Shown here: piece after piece, positions 19,591 through 31,868 of the stretch
Layout of the letters: every line of letters starts with the position of its first letter
Numbering within the stretch: position 1 is the stretch's first letter
DNA from: Bryobacterales bacterium
GTDB lineage: Bacteria > Acidobacteriota > Terriglobia > Bryobacterales > Bryobacteraceae
Length of the DNA: 64,000 nt
Assembly (NCBI GenBank): GCA_963723015.1
Contig: CAVRPF010000027.1
Location: forward strand, 184,073-248,072
Direction: 5' to 3'
The notes under the pieces: generated by a model
The model's input: the letters and a program-made list of their open reading frames with translations, nothing else
What the model was told of the DNA's origin: nothing
Database searches by the model: none
Made by a program: the position numbers and the translations under genes

Positions 19591-21686
19591 ATGGCAAGAA
19601 CCACACCGCTCGAAAGGATGAGAAATATCGGCATCGCCGCGCATATCGATGCCGGTAAGACCACCACGACCGAGCGGATTCTATATTACACCGGACGCAC
19701 GCACAAGCTCGGCGAAGTGCATGAGGGCACCGCCACCATGGACTGGATGGAGCAGGAGCAGGAGCGTGGAATCACGATCACCTCCGCCGCCACCACGTGC
19801 GAATGGCGCGATATCCAGATCAACATTATCGATACTCCCGGCCATGTGGATTTCACGGCCGAGGTGGAGCGCAGCCTGCGCGTGCTCGATGGCGCGGTGG
19901 CGGTGTTCGACGCCGTCGCGGGAGTGCAGCCGCAATCGGAAACCGTATGGCGGCAGGCGGATAAATATAGCGTTCCGCGCATTTGCTTCATCAATAAGAT
20001 GGATCGCGTGGGCGCGGATTTCTTCCACTCCGTGGATACTATTGTGGACCGGCTGAAGTGCCGTCCCGTGCCGATCCAGTTGCCGATCGGCGCGGAAGAC
20101 AAGTTCCTGGGCGTGGTCGATCTGGTAGCGATGAAGGGCGTGGTGTGGCGCGATGAGACGTTGGGCTCCGAGTACGACATTGTCGATATTCCCGGCGGAT
20201 CTGGTGGAGAAGGCGAAGGAATACCGCGCGCATCTGATCGAAGCCGTTTCGGAATTCGACGACCAGCTGTTCGAAAAATTCGTCGAAGGCCAGGCGATCA
20301 CCACCGACGAACTGCGCGCCGGTATTCGCAAAGCCACGATCGCCATGAAGATTTTCCCGGTGATTTGCGGCACGGCATTTAAGAACAAAGGCGTTCAGAC
20401 GATGCTGGACGCGGTGGTGGATTACCTGCCATCGCCGCTCGACATCCCGCCGGTCGAAGGTCATGACGTAGACGATCCGGAAAAAATCGTGATCCGCCAC
20501 GCCTCCGATAAGGAGCCGTTCGCGGCGCTGGTTTTCAAGATCATGACGGACCCGTACGTGGGCCAGTTGGCGTTTTTCCGCGTGTATTCGGGCACGCTGA
20601 AATCCGGCGATTCGGTGTATAACGTTGCCAAGCGGCGCAAGGAGCGCATCGGGCGTCTGCTGCGCATGCATGCCAATAAGCGCGAAGACATTCAGGAAAT
20701 TCTGGCGGGCGATATTTGCGCGGCGGTGGGATTGAAGACCGTTTCCACCGGCGACACCATCTGCGACGATCAGCACCCGGTGGTTCTGGAATCGATCGAT
20801 TTCCCCATGCCGGTAATTCAATTGGCGGTGGAACCGAAGACCAAGGCCGACCAGGAAAAGCTGGGGATGGCGATCCAGAAACTGGCGCAGGAAGATCCCA
20901 CGTTCCGCGTCAATACCGATACCGGAAACCGGCCAGACCATTCTTTCGGGAATGGGCGAGCTCCACCTGGAAATCATCGTCGACCGCATGATGCGCGAGT
21001 TCGGCGTCGGCGCTAATGTCGGCAAGCCGCAGGTGGCGTACCGCGAAACTATTCGCAAGACCGCCGAAGCCGAAGGCCGCCACGTTAAGCAGACCGGCGG
21101 CCACGGCCAGTACGGGCACGTGAAGATCAAAGTGGAGCCGCTGCCTACCGGCGCGGGGTTCGAATTCGTCAACGATGTCACCGGCGGACGCGTTCCCAAG
21201 GAATATATCAATCCGGCCGAGGCCGGCATCAAGGAAGCGCTCGAGGGCGGCATCCTGGCGGGCTATCCCATGTCGGACGTGAAGGTAATTCTGTACGACG
21301 GCAGCTACCACGATGTGGACTCGTCGGAAATGGCTTTCAAGATCGCCGGTTCCATGGCCATCAAAGAGGCTGCCCGGCGCGCCAAACCGGTATTGCTGGA
21401 GCCGATTATGGCGGTGGAAGTGGTGGTGCCCGACGAGTATAACGGGACCGTGATGGGCGATTTGAATTCGCGCCGCGGCCGCATCGAGGGTATGGACCTG
21501 CGCGGCACCACGCAGATCATCAAGGCCTTCGTGCCGCTGTCGGAAATGTTCGGCTATGCGACCGATATTCGCTCGCGCACGCAGGGCCGCGGCAGCTTCA
21601 CCATGCATTTTGGAAGATACGAAGAGGTTCCTGGCGCGCTCGCCGAGGAGATCGTGAGCAAGGTCCAGGGCAAGACTACGAAATAG
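19591..21686 (+). CDS. fusA: Elongation factor G; 2 single-base insertions (~20195, ~20918)
   Basis: [36 protein letters not shown], then [18 protein letters not shown] and [20 protein letters not shown] in shifted frames. Confidence 0.95.
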
Positions 21687-21699
21687 GAGAGCTTTTTCT

Positions 21700-22888
<1,189 letters not shown>

Positions 22889-22891
22889 CAG

Positions 22892-23212
22892 ATGGCGCTT
22901 AGAGAACGCATTCGCATCCGTTTGAAGGCGTACGATCACCGGATTCTCGATCAATCGACCTCGGAGATCGTAGATACCGCGAAGCGGACCGGCGCTAGCG
23001 TGGCCGGGCCTATTCCGCTGCCGACCTCGCGCAGCATCACGACGGTGTTGCGCTCGCCGCACGTCGATAAGAAATCGCGCGAACAGTTTGAGATCCGGAC
23101 GCACAAGCGGCTGCTGGATATTTTGGAGCCAACGCAACAAACGGTGGATGCGCTGATGAAGCTGGATCTGCCGGCGGGCGTGGATGTAGAGATCAAGGCG
23201 TTCGGAAAATAG
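22892..23212 (+). CDS. rpsJ: 30S ribosomal protein S10
   Basis: [16 protein letters not shown]...GPIPLPT...[17 protein letters not shown]. Confidence 0.95.
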   Translation: MALRERIRIRLKAYDHRILDQSTSEIVDTAKRTGASVAGPIPLPTSRSITTVLRSPHVDKKSREQFEIRTHKRLLDILEPTQQTVDALMKLDLPAGVDVEIKAFGK

Positions 23213-23223
23213 AGAGCATGATT

Positions 23224-23319
23224 TCGACGCAGAGACGCAGAGACGCTGAGATCGGCGCAGAGAAAATTCAAAGAAGTCTTCTCTGCGTTTATCTCCGCGC
23301 CTCAGCGTCTCTGCGTCGA
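23224..23319. repeat. Family B palindromic intergenic element, copy 1 (rpsJ|rplC)
   Basis: TCGACGCAGAGACGCAGAGACGCTGAGATCGGCGCAGAGAA - loop - TTCTCTGCG...CCTCAGCGTCTCTGCGTCGA. The arms are built from ACGCAGAG-like octamers. Confidence 0.9.
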
Positions 23320-23346
23320 ATGCCCTTTTTAATGAAGGATCGAATT

Positions 23347-23979
23347 ATGAGCCCAGGAATCCTTGGCAAGAAAATTGGAATGACGCAGATGTTCCGGCCG
23401 GACGGGCAAGCCGTGCCGGTGACGCTGCTCAAGGCCGGTCCATGCATGGTGGTGCAGCGTAAGACGCCCACCACCGATGGCTACAACTCGGTGCAGCTTG
23501 GGCTGCTCGAGTTCGTCAAGCCGCAGCGCATCAATAAGCCGGCTACGGGGCACTTGAAAAAGGCGGGCGTCGAAGGCGCGAAATTCATGCGCGAGCTGAA
23601 ATTGAGACCTGGCGACGACGATCTCAAGACCGGCGATAAGGTGCTGGTGGACCAGTTTAAGCCCAAGGATAAGGTGGACGTAATCGGCATTTCCAAGGGC
23701 CGCGGGTTCGCGGGCGTGGTGAAGCGCCATCACTTTCGCGGCGGCGAGGGATCGCACGGCTCCATGTTCCACCGCGCTCCCGGTTCTATCGGCGCATCCA
23801 GTTTTCCCTCGCGCGTGGTTCCCGGTATGCGCATGGGCGGCCACATGGGTAACGACCGGGTGACGGTGCGCAATCTGGAAGTGATGGAAGTGGATGCCGA
23901 GGACAACGTGCTGGTGGTGAAGGGCGCGGTTCCGGGCCCTAACGGCGGATACGTGGTCGTGCGGAGGGCCAAGAGGTAA
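23347..23979 (+). CDS. rplC: 50S ribosomal protein L3
   Basis: MSPGILGKKIGMTQMF...GRGFAGVVKRHHFRGG. Confidence 0.95.
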   Translation: MSPGILGKKIGMTQMFRPDGQAVPVTLLKAGPCMVVQRKTPTTDGYNSVQLGLLEFVKPQRINKPATGHLKKAGVEGAKFMRELKLRPGDDDLKTGDKVLVDQFKPKDKVDVIGISKGRGFAGVVKRHHFRGGEGSHGSMFHRAPGSIGASSFPSRVVPGMRMGGHMGNDRVTVRNLEVMEVDAEDNVLVVKGAVPGPNGGYVVVRRAKR

Positions 23980-23984
23980 GTGCC

Positions 23985-24611
23985 ATGCCGACAGTCGACA
24001 TATTGGATTTAAACAATCAGAAGGTCGGGTCGCTCGATCTGGCCGATGAAGTTTTCGGCGCGGAAGTCAACGAGGCGCTGCTCTATGAAGCGGTCCGGCA
24101 TTATCAGGCGGGGGAGCGCGCGGGCACTCACAAGACTAAGGTTCGGCGGGAAGTCGCCGGTTCCGGTAAGAAGCTGTGGAAGCAGAAGGGTACCGGCCGC
24201 GCGCGCGTGGGCTCGGTGCGGTCGCCTTTGTGGCGGCATGGCGGCACGGTGCATGGACCGGTGCCGCGCGATTACAGCTACAGTCTGAATAAGAAAATGA
24301 TACTCGGCGCATTGCGCTCGGCGCTCTCCGCCAAGCTGCGCGATGGCGAGCTCAAAGTGGTGCAGGCTTTCGATTTCGCCGATCACAAAACCAAGGGCGC
24401 CCAGGGCGCGCTGGCCAAGCTGGAGCTGGGCCGCACCACGTTGCTGGTGGATAACGGCGAGAACCGTAACTTGACGCTGGGCGTGCGCAATCTCAAGGGA
24501 GTCACCCTGCTGCCCACCAAGGCGGTGGGCGCGTATCATCTGCTGGGACATCAGAGCGTGCTGTTGAGCGAAGCGGCGGCGCGGAAATTTTCGGAGGCGC
24601 TCGCGAAATGA
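23985..24611 (+). CDS. rplD: 50S ribosomal protein L4
   Basis: HKTKVRREVAGSGKKLWKQKGTGRARVGS. Confidence 0.95.
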   Translation: MPTVDILDLNNQKVGSLDLADEVFGAEVNEALLYEAVRHYQAGERAGTHKTKVRREVAGSGKKLWKQKGTGRARVGSVRSPLWRHGGTVHGPVPRDYSYSLNKKMILGALRSALSAKLRDGELKVVQAFDFADHKTKGAQGALAKLELGRTTLLVDNGENRNLTLGVRNLKGVTLLPTKAVGAYHLLGHQSVLLSEAAARKFSEALAK

Positions 24612-24895
24612 CCATTTACGACATACTGATCCGGCCGCTGGTCACCGAAAAGGGCGTAGCCAAGAAGGATAACGAGCGCACGCTTTGTTTCCAGGTTGCG
24701 GCCGGGGCCAACAAAACCCAGGTTAAAACGGCCGTGGAAAAGCTCTTCAAGGTGAAAGTGCAGGAAGTACGCACGGCTTCGTTTGAAGGCAAGCTGCGGC
24801 GGCGCGGAAGATTCGCGGGGTACCGCTCGGATTGGAAGAAGGCTTACGTGAAGCTGAAGGCGGGCGAAAAAGTGCCCGAGTTCGCGGAGATCTAG
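24608..24895 (+). CDS. rplW: 50S ribosomal protein L23
   Basis: [16 protein letters not shown]. Its start overlaps the rplD stop. Confidence 0.95.
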   Translation: MTIYDILIRPLVTEKGVAKKDNERTLCFQVAAGANKTQVKTAVEKLFKVKVQEVRTASFEGKLRRRGRFAGYRSDWKKAYVKLKAGEKVPEFAEI

Positions 24896-24897
24896 TC

Positions 24898-25728
24898 ATG
24901 CCCATTAAGACTTACAGACCAACCACGCCCACGCGGCGGTTCCAGACGGTGGTCTCGCGCGAGGATATCACGCGCGACCGTCCGGAGAAGTCGCTGGTGG
25001 AGAAGAAGCAGCGTACCGGCGGGCGCAACAGCACCGGCCGCGTGACGTCGCGCTTTATCGGGGGCGGCGCCAAGCAGGCCTATCGCGTGATCGATTTCAA
25101 GCGCGACAAATATGGAGTTCCGGCCACGGTAGCGAGTATCGAATACGATCCCAATCGTTCGTCGCGCATCGCTCTCTTGCATTACGCCGATGGCGAGAAG
25201 CGCTATATTCTGCAGCCCGACGGATTGAAGGTCGGGCAAAAGGTGATGTCCGGGCCGACCGCCGACATCCTGCTGGGCAACGCGCTGCCATTGAAGAATA
25301 TGCCGGCCGGCATGGTGGTCCATAACATCGAATTGAGGCCCGGAAAGGGCGGCCAGATGGCGCGCTCAGCCGGATCGCAGGCGCAGCTCGTTTCCAAGGA
25401 AGGCGGCATGGCGCTGCTCAAGCTGCCTTCGGCCGAAATTCGCCGCGTGCCGCTCGAATGCATGGCCACCATCGGCCAGGTGGGCAATGTCGAGCATGAA
25501 AACGTTTCTCTGGGCAAGGCGGGACGCAAGCGGTGGCTGGGCAAGATGCCGCACAACCGCGGCGTCACTATGAATCCGGTGGATCACCCGCATGGCGGCG
25601 GCGAGGGCAAAACTTCCGGCGGACGCCATCCGGTTACCCCATGGGGCCAGCCGACCCGCGGATATAAGACGCGGAACAACAAGCGCACCGACAAGTGGAT
25701 CGTGACGCGCAAGAGTAAGAAGAGGTAA
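24898..25728 (+). CDS. rplB: 50S ribosomal protein L2
   Basis: [15 protein letters not shown]...[26 protein letters not shown]. Confidence 0.95.
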   Translation: MPIKTYRPTTPTRRFQTVVSREDITRDRPEKSLVEKKQRTGGRNSTGRVTSRFIGGGAKQAYRVIDFKRDKYGVPATVASIEYDPNRSSRIALLHYADGEKRYILQPDGLKVGQKVMSGPTADILLGNALPLKNMPAGMVVHNIELRPGKGGQMARSAGSQAQLVSKEGGMALLKLPSAEIRRVPLECMATIGQVGNVEHENVSLGKAGRKRWLGKMPHNRGVTMNPVDHPHGGGEGKTSGGRHPVTPWGQPTRGYKTRNNKRTDKWIVTRKSKKR

Positions 25729-25732
25729 GCGA

Positions 25733-26023
25733 ATGGGCAGATCCGTCAAGAAGGGACCTTTTACCGACACGCATTTGGAAGCGAAGCTGGCCGTGCTGGT
25801 CGCGGCCAACGAGAAGAAAGTGGTGCGCACATGGTCGCGCCGCTCCACCATCCTTCCGGAGTTTGTCGGCCAAACGGTCGCGGTTCACAACGGAAAGAAA
25901 TTCATTCCGGTTTACATCACCGAGAACATGGTGGGGCATAAGCTGGGCGAGTTTTCGCCCACGCGCATTTTTAAGGGCCATTCGGTGAAGGCGGCCACGG
26001 AAAAGGCGGCTAAGCCGGCTTAA
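25733..26023 (+). CDS. rpsS: 30S ribosomal protein S19
   Basis: [10 protein letters not shown]...[24 protein letters not shown]. Confidence 0.95.
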   Translation: MGRSVKKGPFTDTHLEAKLAVLVAANEKKVVRTWSRRSTILPEFVGQTVAVHNGKKFIPVYITENMVGHKLGEFSPTRIFKGHSVKAATEKAAKPA

Positions 26024-26045
26024 AAATTGTTGGTAACGGGGAATT

Positions 26046-26387
26046 ATGAAAGCGAAAGCGGAAGCCAGATATATCCGGGTATCGGCGCAGAAGGCGCGGC
26101 TGGTGGTCGATTTGATCCGCGGCCAGAAGGCCGGCGCGGCGCTCAACACGCTGCGCGCCGCCAACAAGCGCATCGCCCCCACGGTGGAGAAGGTGCTGCA
26201 ATCGGCTATCGCCAATGCGGTGAATCTGAATGAAGACGTGGATGTGGATTCGCTGGTGGTGAGCGAAGCCTACGTTAATGAAGGGCCGCGCATGAAGCGC
26301 GTACGCCCGGCGCCGATGGGGCGCGCCTACCGGTATCAACGGCGCATGTCGCATATCGTCGTCAAAGTGGCGGATAAGGAAAAATAG
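26046..26387 (+). CDS. rplV: 50S ribosomal protein L22
   Basis: AKAEARYIRVSAQKARLVVDLIRG...GPRMKRVRPAPMGRAY. Confidence 0.95.
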   Translation: MKAKAEARYIRVSAQKARLVVDLIRGQKAGAALNTLRAANKRIAPTVEKVLQSAIANAVNLNEDVDVDSLVVSEAYVNEGPRMKRVRPAPMGRAYRYQRRMSHIVVKVADKEK

Positions 26388-27452
26388 ATGGGACAGAAAG
26401 TTCACCCGTACGGATTCCGGCTGGGCTTCAACAAGCCGTGGCGCTCGCGTTGGTTCGCTACCCACGGCTACGCCAAGCTGTTGCAGGAGGATCTCGAGCT
26501 CAAAGAGACCTTGCGCGAGCGGTTGAAGTCCGCCGGCGTCAGCTCAATTGAAGTCGACCGGCCGGGCAATAAGTTGCGGGTCACCATCCGCACTTCGCGT
26601 CCGGGCATCATCATCGGGCGCAAGGGCGCGGAGATCGAAAAGCTCAAGACGGACATGGCGAAGAGGACCAAGCGCGAAGTCTTCATCGATATTCAGGAAG
26701 TTCACAAGCCGGAGCTCGACGCGCAACTGGTTTCCGAATCCATCGCGCTGCAATTGGAAAAACGCGTGGCATTCCGCCGCGCCATGCGCAAGGCCGTCGA
26801 TTCGGCGCTGCGCTTCGGCTGCAAGGGCATCAAAGTGCGGGTGTCCGGCCGTTTAAACGGCGCTGAAATCGCGCGCTCCGAATGGTATCTGCAAGGGCAG
26901 CTGCCCCTGCACACGCTGCGCGCCGATATCGACTACGGCTTCGCGGAAGCGCACACCACTTACGGTGTTATCGGCGTCAAGGCGTGGCTGTATAAGGGCG
27001 AGATTCTCGACCTGACCAAGCGCCGCGGTCTTCTACCCGAGCCGGAACCGCGCCGCGACCGCGGCGACCGGCGCGAGCGCAGTCCGCGCGATCGCGATCG
27101 GGACCGTGACCGCGAGCGTGGTCCGCGCGAGCGGCAACCGGCAGCCGCTTCACCGGCTGGACCGGTGACGCAGGCGCCACCCTCAGACTTGCCTCGTCCG
27201 GCAGCCCGAACCGGCGCGCCGATTCTGCCGCCGCTGATGGCGCCCCACCAGCCTTCGTGGAAGCAGGAAAGCAAGCCGGAAGCCGAAGCGCCGAAACTAG
27301 AGACTCCAACGGCCAAGGTAGAAGCACCTGAGCCGGAAAACAAAGTAGAGCAGGCGCTTCCGCCTGCCAACCCGGAGCCAACTCCGGCCGGGAAACTCCG
27401 GCGCCGGAGACCGGAGCGCCCGACAAGCCGGCCGGCAGTGAATAAGGATTAA
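26388..27452 (+). CDS. rpsC: 30S ribosomal protein S3 with a ~140-aa low-complexity C-terminal extension
   Basis: [13 protein letters not shown]...[13 protein letters not shown] is canonical S3. RD-repeat and P/E/A-rich sequence then follows, running up to 5 nt before rplP. Confidence 0.9.
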   Translation: MGQKVHPYGFRLGFNKPWRSRWFATHGYAKLLQEDLELKETLRERLKSAGVSSIEVDRPGNKLRVTIRTSRPGIIIGRKGAEIEKLKTDMAKRTKREVFIDIQEVHKPELDAQLVSESIALQLEKRVAFRRAMRKAVDSALRFGCKGIKVRVSGRLNGAEIARSEWYLQGQLPLHTLRADIDYGFAEAHTTYGVIGVKAWLYKGEILDLTKRRGLLPEPEPRRDRGDRRERSPRDRDRDRDRERGPRERQPAAASPAGPVTQAPPSDLPRPAARTGAPILPPLMAPHQPSWKQESKPEAEAPKLETPTAKVEAPEPENKVEQALPPANPEPTPAGKLRRRRPERPTSRPAVNKD

Positions 27453-27457
27453 CCGCC

Positions 27458-27874
27458 ATGATGATGCCAAAGAAGGTTAAATTCAGGAAGCAACAGCGCG
27501 GACGCATGGCCGGCAAGGCTTGGCGTGGGTCGTCCATCTCCTTTGGGGAATTCGGCCTGAAGGCGCTTGAGTGCGCCTGGATCACGGACCGGGAGATCGA
27601 AGCCGCGCGCGTGGCCATGACGCGCTCGATCAAGCGCGGCGGCAAGGTGTGGATCCGGTTGTTTCCCGATAAACCGATCACCAAAAAACCCGCCGAAACC
27701 CGCATGGGCAAAGGCAAGGGCGCGCCCGAGCAATGGGTGGCGGTGATCCGGCCGGGGAAAATATTATTCGAAATGGAAGGCGTGGATCGGCCCACCGCGG
27801 CGGCGGCCATGCGTTTGGCCGCTCACAAGCTGTCGATCCGGACCAAGTTCATCAGCCGCGAGGATGGGGAGTAA
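27458..27874 (+). CDS. rplP: 50S ribosomal protein L16
   Basis: [16 protein letters not shown]...KMGKGKG. Confidence 0.95.
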   Translation: MMMPKKVKFRKQQRGRMAGKAWRGSSISFGEFGLKALECAWITDREIEAARVAMTRSIKRGGKVWIRLFPDKPITKKPAETRMGKGKGAPEQWVAVIRPGKILFEMEGVDRPTAAAAMRLAAHKLSIRTKFISREDGE

Positions 27875-27878
27875 GGAT

Positions 27879-28082
27879 ATGAAGGGTTTTAAGGCCGCGG
27901 AGCTGGACGACAAAGAGCTAACTCATCGGCTTTCGGAAATGGAAGACCAGTTCTTCCGTCTCAAGTTTCAGAAGTCCATGGGACAGATGGATGGATTGAA
28001 GAAGATACGGATAATGCGGAAAGACCGGGCGCGTATTCTGACTACGCTGCGGCAGCGGGAGTTGGCGGGAGCGAAGAAATAA
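27879..28082 (+). CDS. rpmC: 50S ribosomal protein L29
   Basis: MKGFKAAELDDKELTHRLSEMEDQFFRLKFQ. Confidence 0.9.
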   Translation: MKGFKAAELDDKELTHRLSEMEDQFFRLKFQKSMGQMDGLKKIRIMRKDRARILTTLRQRELAGAKK

Positions 28083-28083
28083 C

Positions 28084-28383
28084 ATGGCCGAGCCACACGG
28101 ATTCAAGAACGAAAAGGTCGGCGAAGTGGTCTCGACCAAAATGACCAAGACCATTGTGGTGGAAGTAAGCCGCCGCGTGCCGCACCCGTTATACAAGCGC
28201 ATTATCGGCAAGCGCAAAAAGTTCTACGCGCACGATGAAGAAGGCAAGGCCAGGATGGGCGATGTGGTCCGAATCGTAGAATGCCGGCCTTTGAGCAAGA
28301 TGAAGCGGTGGCAACTCGCCGAAGTGGTGCGCCAGGCGCCGCAGGTGGCGGTGGCGCCGAAGGATCTGGACGTGGCGCTGTAG
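28084..28383 (+). CDS. rpsQ: 30S ribosomal protein S17
   Basis: KVGEVVSTKMTKTIVVEV...YKRIIGKRKKFYAHDE. Confidence 0.95.
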   Translation: MAEPHGFKNEKVGEVVSTKMTKTIVVEVSRRVPHPLYKRIIGKRKKFYAHDEEGKARMGDVVRIVECRPLSKMKRWQLAEVVRQAPQVAVAPKDLDVAL

Positions 28384-28411
28384 ACGTCCGGCGTAAGGAA
28401 GCGAGCTAACT

Positions 28412-28780
28412 ATGATTGGAATGCGAACGATTCTCGAGGTGGCCGACAACTCCGGCGCGCGCAGGCTCTCCTGCATTCTGCCGCGCGGCGGCGATCTCGG
28501 TTTGCGCGCCGGCCTGGGCGACGTGGTCACCGCGGCCGTGAAAGAGGCCGCGCCCGATTCGGCCATCAAGAAAGGTAAAGTAGTGCGCTGCGTGATCGTT
28601 CGCATGCGCAAGGAAACGCGGCGCAAGGATGGCACTTACATCCGCTTCGATTCCAACGCCGCGGTCCTGATCAGCGATGTGGGCGAACCGGTGGGAACGC
28701 GCGTCTTCGGTCCGGTGGCCAGAGAGCTGCGCGAGAAAAAGTTCATGAAAATCGTTTCGCTGGCCCCAGAGGTAATCTAA
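28412..28780 (+). CDS. rplN: 50S ribosomal protein L14
   Basis: [15 protein letters not shown]...[10 protein letters not shown]. Confidence 0.95.
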   Translation: MIGMRTILEVADNSGARRLSCILPRGGDLGLRAGLGDVVTAAVKEAAPDSAIKKGKVVRCVIVRMRKETRRKDGTYIRFDSNAAVLISDVGEPVGTRVFGPVARELREKKFMKIVSLAPEVI

Positions 28781-29152
28781 TGGCGGTTGCAAAGAAAATG
28801 CCGGCCCCGCCGGCGCGTATCGAGTTGAAGAAGGAAGACACCGTGCGAGGTGATCGCGGGCCGCGATAAAGGGAAGACCGGCCGCGTGCTGCAGGTGCAG
28901 AGAGAGAGAGGGCGCATTCTGGTGGAGCACGTAGGCATGATCAAGCGCCACACGCGACCCAATCCACAGAAGCAGATCAAGGGCGGCATTGCCGAGCGCG
29001 AAGGCTCGATCGCCCTTTCCAACGTCATGATCGTATGCCCGGGCTGCAACAAGGCGGTCCGGATCAAGCATCATATCGAGCATCTGGCGGGTGGAAAAGC
29101 GCGGCGTACCCGCGTCTGCCGCAAGTGCGGGCAGAGCTTGGACAAGAAATAG
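28780..29152 (+). CDS. rplX: 50S ribosomal protein L24 (Cys4 form); 1 frameshift (~28845)
   Basis: [22 protein letters not shown] | [16 protein letters not shown]...[16 protein letters not shown]...[15 protein letters not shown] overlap with rplN. Confidence 0.9.
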
Positions 29153-29160
29153 AGGACCAG

Positions 29161-29703
29161 ATGGCGGCACGTTTGATCGAGCATTATCAGAAGAAAGTAG
29201 TTCCGGCGCTGACCAAGGAGTTCGGCTATAAGAACGTCATGGCCGTGCCCAGGATCGAGAAGATTTCGATCAATATCGGTTTGGGCGAGGCCACGCAAAA
29301 TGCCAAGTTGATGGATGGCGCCGTTAACGAGTTGGCGCAGATCGCCGGTCAGAAGCCGGTGATTACCAAGGCCACCAAATCCATCGCGCAATTCAAGCTG
29401 CGCGAGGGACAGTCTATCGGCTGCATGGTGACGCTGCGCGGCCACCGCATGTACGAGTTTTTCGACCGTCTGGTGAATGTGGCGCTGCCGCGCGTGCGCG
29501 ATTTCCGCGGCATTTCAACCAAGAGCTTCGACGGCCGCGGCAATTATACCCTGGGGATCAGGGATCAGTTGATTTTCCCCGAGATCGACTATGCCAAGGT
29601 GGAGAAGACCAAGGGCATGAATGTTTCCATCACGACCACGGCGCGCACGGACGCCGAGGGCGTGGCGCTGTTGCGCCAAATGGGAATGCCGTTCCGGCAG
29701 TAA
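29161..29703 (+). CDS. rplE: 50S ribosomal protein L5
   Basis: [44 protein letters not shown]. Confidence 0.95.
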   Translation: MAARLIEHYQKKVVPALTKEFGYKNVMAVPRIEKISINIGLGEATQNAKLMDGAVNELAQIAGQKPVITKATKSIAQFKLREGQSIGCMVTLRGHRMYEFFDRLVNVALPRVRDFRGISTKSFDGRGNYTLGIRDQLIFPEIDYAKVEKTKGMNVSITTTARTDAEGVALLRQMGMPFRQ

Positions 29704-29714
29704 ACAGGAGAGAT

Positions 29715-29924
29715 ATGGCAACTACCGCAAAGATGGCCCGGGATATTCGGCTGGACGCCGCCCGCAAAGCCAAAACGCCCAAATTGCAATGCCGGCATCG
29801 CAACCGCTGCTGGCGCTGCGGCCGTCCGCGCGCATTTCTGCGCAAGTTCGGCATTTGCCGTCTGTGCTTCCGCCAGCTCGCGTTGAACGGCGAGATTCCT
29901 GGCGTAGTGAAGGCTAGCTGGTAG
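29715..29924 (+). CDS. rpsN: 30S ribosomal protein S14, zinc-binding short (type Z) form
   Basis: [44 protein letters not shown]. Confidence 0.9.
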   Translation: MATTAKMARDIRLDAARKAKTPKLQCRHRNRCWRCGRPRAFLRKFGICRLCFRQLALNGEIPGVVKASW

Positions 29925-29941
29925 GGCTGAGTAGGAGAACT

Positions 29942-30337
29942 ATGACGAGCGACCCCATTGCCGACATGCTGACTCGCGTACGCAACGCGATGCAGGCCCG
30001 CCACCCGAAGGTGGACGTGCCGGCCTCGAAGTTAAAGACCGAAATCGCGCGAATCTTAAAAGAAGAGGGCTATATAGTCAACTTCAAGGTGGCCGAGGAA
30101 GGCATCAAGAAGGTCATCAAGATCTATCTGAAATACAACACCGGTAATGAGCCGGTGATCTCGGCCATCGAGCGCGTATCGCGCCCCGGTTGCCGCGTTT
30201 ATGTCGGCCAGACCGGTATCCCGCGCGTGCTCGGCGGGATGGGAATCAATATCCTGACCACCCCGCGCGGCGTAATGACCGGCCGCGACGCTCATAAAGA
30301 GCATCTGGGCGGCGAGATTCTGTGTAGGGTGTGGTGA
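29942..30337 (+). CDS. rpsH: 30S ribosomal protein S8
   Basis: [16 protein letters not shown]...GGEILCRVW. Confidence 0.95.
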   Translation: MTSDPIADMLTRVRNAMQARHPKVDVPASKLKTEIARILKEEGYIVNFKVAEEGIKKVIKIYLKYNTGNEPVISAIERVSRPGCRVYVGQTGIPRVLGGMGINILTTPRGVMTGRDAHKEHLGGEILCRVW

Positions 30338-30346
30338 TGAGAATGA

Positions 30347-30443
30347 TCGACGCAGAGACGCTGAGACGCAGAGGCAAGCGCAGAGAAGATATTTGTAATG
30401 TGTTCTCTGCGCTGATCTCAGCGTCTCAGCGTCTCTGCGTCGA
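30347..30443. repeat. Family B palindromic intergenic element, copy 2 (rpsH|rplF)
   Basis: TCGACGCAGAGACGCTGAGACGCAGAGGCAAGCGCAGAGAA - loop - TTCTCTGCGCTGATCTCAGCGTCTCAGCGTCTCTGCGTCGA. Confidence 0.9.
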
Positions 30444-30466
30444 AAGACTTTGTCAAGGTTTGAACT

Positions 30467-31003
30467 ATGTCTAGAATTGGTAAAAAGCCGATCCCGCTGC
30501 CGGGCGGCGTCAAGGTACAGATCGGTGAACAATTGCAAGTCACCGGTCCCAAGGGATCGCTGACGGTCCCCATACCTGCGGGCATCAAGATCGAGCAGAA
30601 AGACGGCAAGCTGGAGCTGCTGCGCGCATCCGACGATCATGCCGCGCTGCACGGGCTGACGCGCGCGCTGGCGGCCAATGCCGTACAGGGCGTGTCGACT
30701 GGATTCACTCGTGAGCTCGATATCGTCGGGATCGGGTATCGCGCCGATGTGAAAGGCAACGTTGCCACGTTTACCCTGGGTTATTCCCACCCCATCGAAG
30801 TCTTGCTTCCCGATGGCGTCGATCTCAAAATCGATAAGCAGACCCACCTGGTGCTGACTGGGTACGACCGGCAGCTTCTGGGCCAGGTGGCGGCGAACAT
30901 CCGGGCGCTTCGCAAGCCCGATCCGTATAAGAATAAGGGCGTCCGCTTCACCGGCGAAGCGTTGCGCAAGAAGGTCGGTAAGACCGGGGCAGGCGCGAAA
31001 TGA
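30467..31003 (+). CDS. rplF: 50S ribosomal protein L6
   Basis: [17 protein letters not shown]...GYSHPIEV...PYKNKGVRF. Confidence 0.95.
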   Translation: MSRIGKKPIPLPGGVKVQIGEQLQVTGPKGSLTVPIPAGIKIEQKDGKLELLRASDDHAALHGLTRALAANAVQGVSTGFTRELDIVGIGYRADVKGNVATFTLGYSHPIEVLLPDGVDLKIDKQTHLVLTGYDRQLLGQVAANIRALRKPDPYKNKGVRFTGEALRKKVGKTGAGAK

Positions 31004-31359
31004 TTCGTAAACTCGAAAAGAAAAAGATCCGCAGCCGCATTCACCAGCGCATCCGGCGCAAGCTCAGCGGCACTAAAGAGCGTCCGCGTCTGGCCGTATT
31101 CCGCAGCGTGGCGCATATTTACGCGCAGGTCATCGACGACGTCGAGGGCAGGACGCTGGTCTCGGCGTCATCAGTGGATAAAGAAGGAAAGACCAAGGGC
31201 GGCAACGTGGCCGCCGCGAAAGCTATCGGCAAACTGGTCGCCGACCGCGCCCGGGAAAAAGGCGTTAAACAAGTAGTGTTCGATCGCGGCGGATATCAAT
31301 ATCATGGCCGCATTAAAGCGCTGGCCGATGCGGCGCGTGAAGCGGGACTGGAGTTTTAA
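31000..31359 (+). CDS. rplR: 50S ribosomal protein L18
   Basis: [20 protein letters not shown]...[23 protein letters not shown]. Confidence 0.95.
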   Translation: MIRKLEKKKIRSRIHQRIRRKLSGTKERPRLAVFRSVAHIYAQVIDDVEGRTLVSASSVDKEGKTKGGNVAAAKAIGKLVADRAREKGVKQVVFDRGGYQYHGRIKALADAAREAGLEF

Positions 31360-31361
31360 TC

Positions 31362-31868
31362 GTGCAGGCACCCAAACGTATCGACGCCGGATCGCTCAAT
31401 CTGAAAGAACAGGTGGTGGCCATTAATCGCGTCACCAAAGTGGTCAAGGGCGGCAAGAATATGAGCTTTTCGGCGCTGGTGGTAATCGGCGATCCATCGG
31501 CCAAGGTGGTCGGCTACGGCGTTGGTAAAGCCAAGGAGGTACCGTCGGCCATCCGCAAGGGCATCGAGGCGGCTAAGAAGACGCTGCGCCGCGTAAATGT
31601 GCTCGAAGGGACTATCCCGCACCAGGTGCTGGGCAAGTATGAAAGCTCGCAGGTGCTGTTGAAGCCAGCGCCCGCCGGAACCGGCGTGATCGCGGGCGGC
31701 GCGGTGCGCGCGGTCATTTCGGCTTGCGGCATTCCCAACGTACTCACGAAATCGATTGGCCGGCGCAACGCCCATAACGTCGTCAAGGCGACCATCGTGG
31801 CACTGGAGTCGCTCCGTGAGCGAGGCCAGGTCGCGGAGATGCGCGGCTTGGCAGTGGAGAAACTCTGA
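31362..31868 (+). CDS. rpsE: 30S ribosomal protein S5
   Basis: [30 protein letters not shown] start. Confidence 0.95.
   Translation: MQAPKRIDAGSLNLKEQVVAINRVTKVVKGGKNMSFSALVVIGDPSAKVVGYGVGKAKEVPSAIRKGIEAAKKTLRRVNVLEGTIPHQVLGKYESSQVLLKPAPAGTGVIAGGAVRAVISACGIPNVLTKSIGRRNAHNVVKATIVALESLRERGQVAEMRGLAVEKL

Noticed and set aside
27055-27130. CGCGAT/CGGGAC-type nucleotide periodicity that looks like a tandem repeat.
   Set aside because: It is the coding image of the RD dipeptide repeat in the S3 C-terminal extension.
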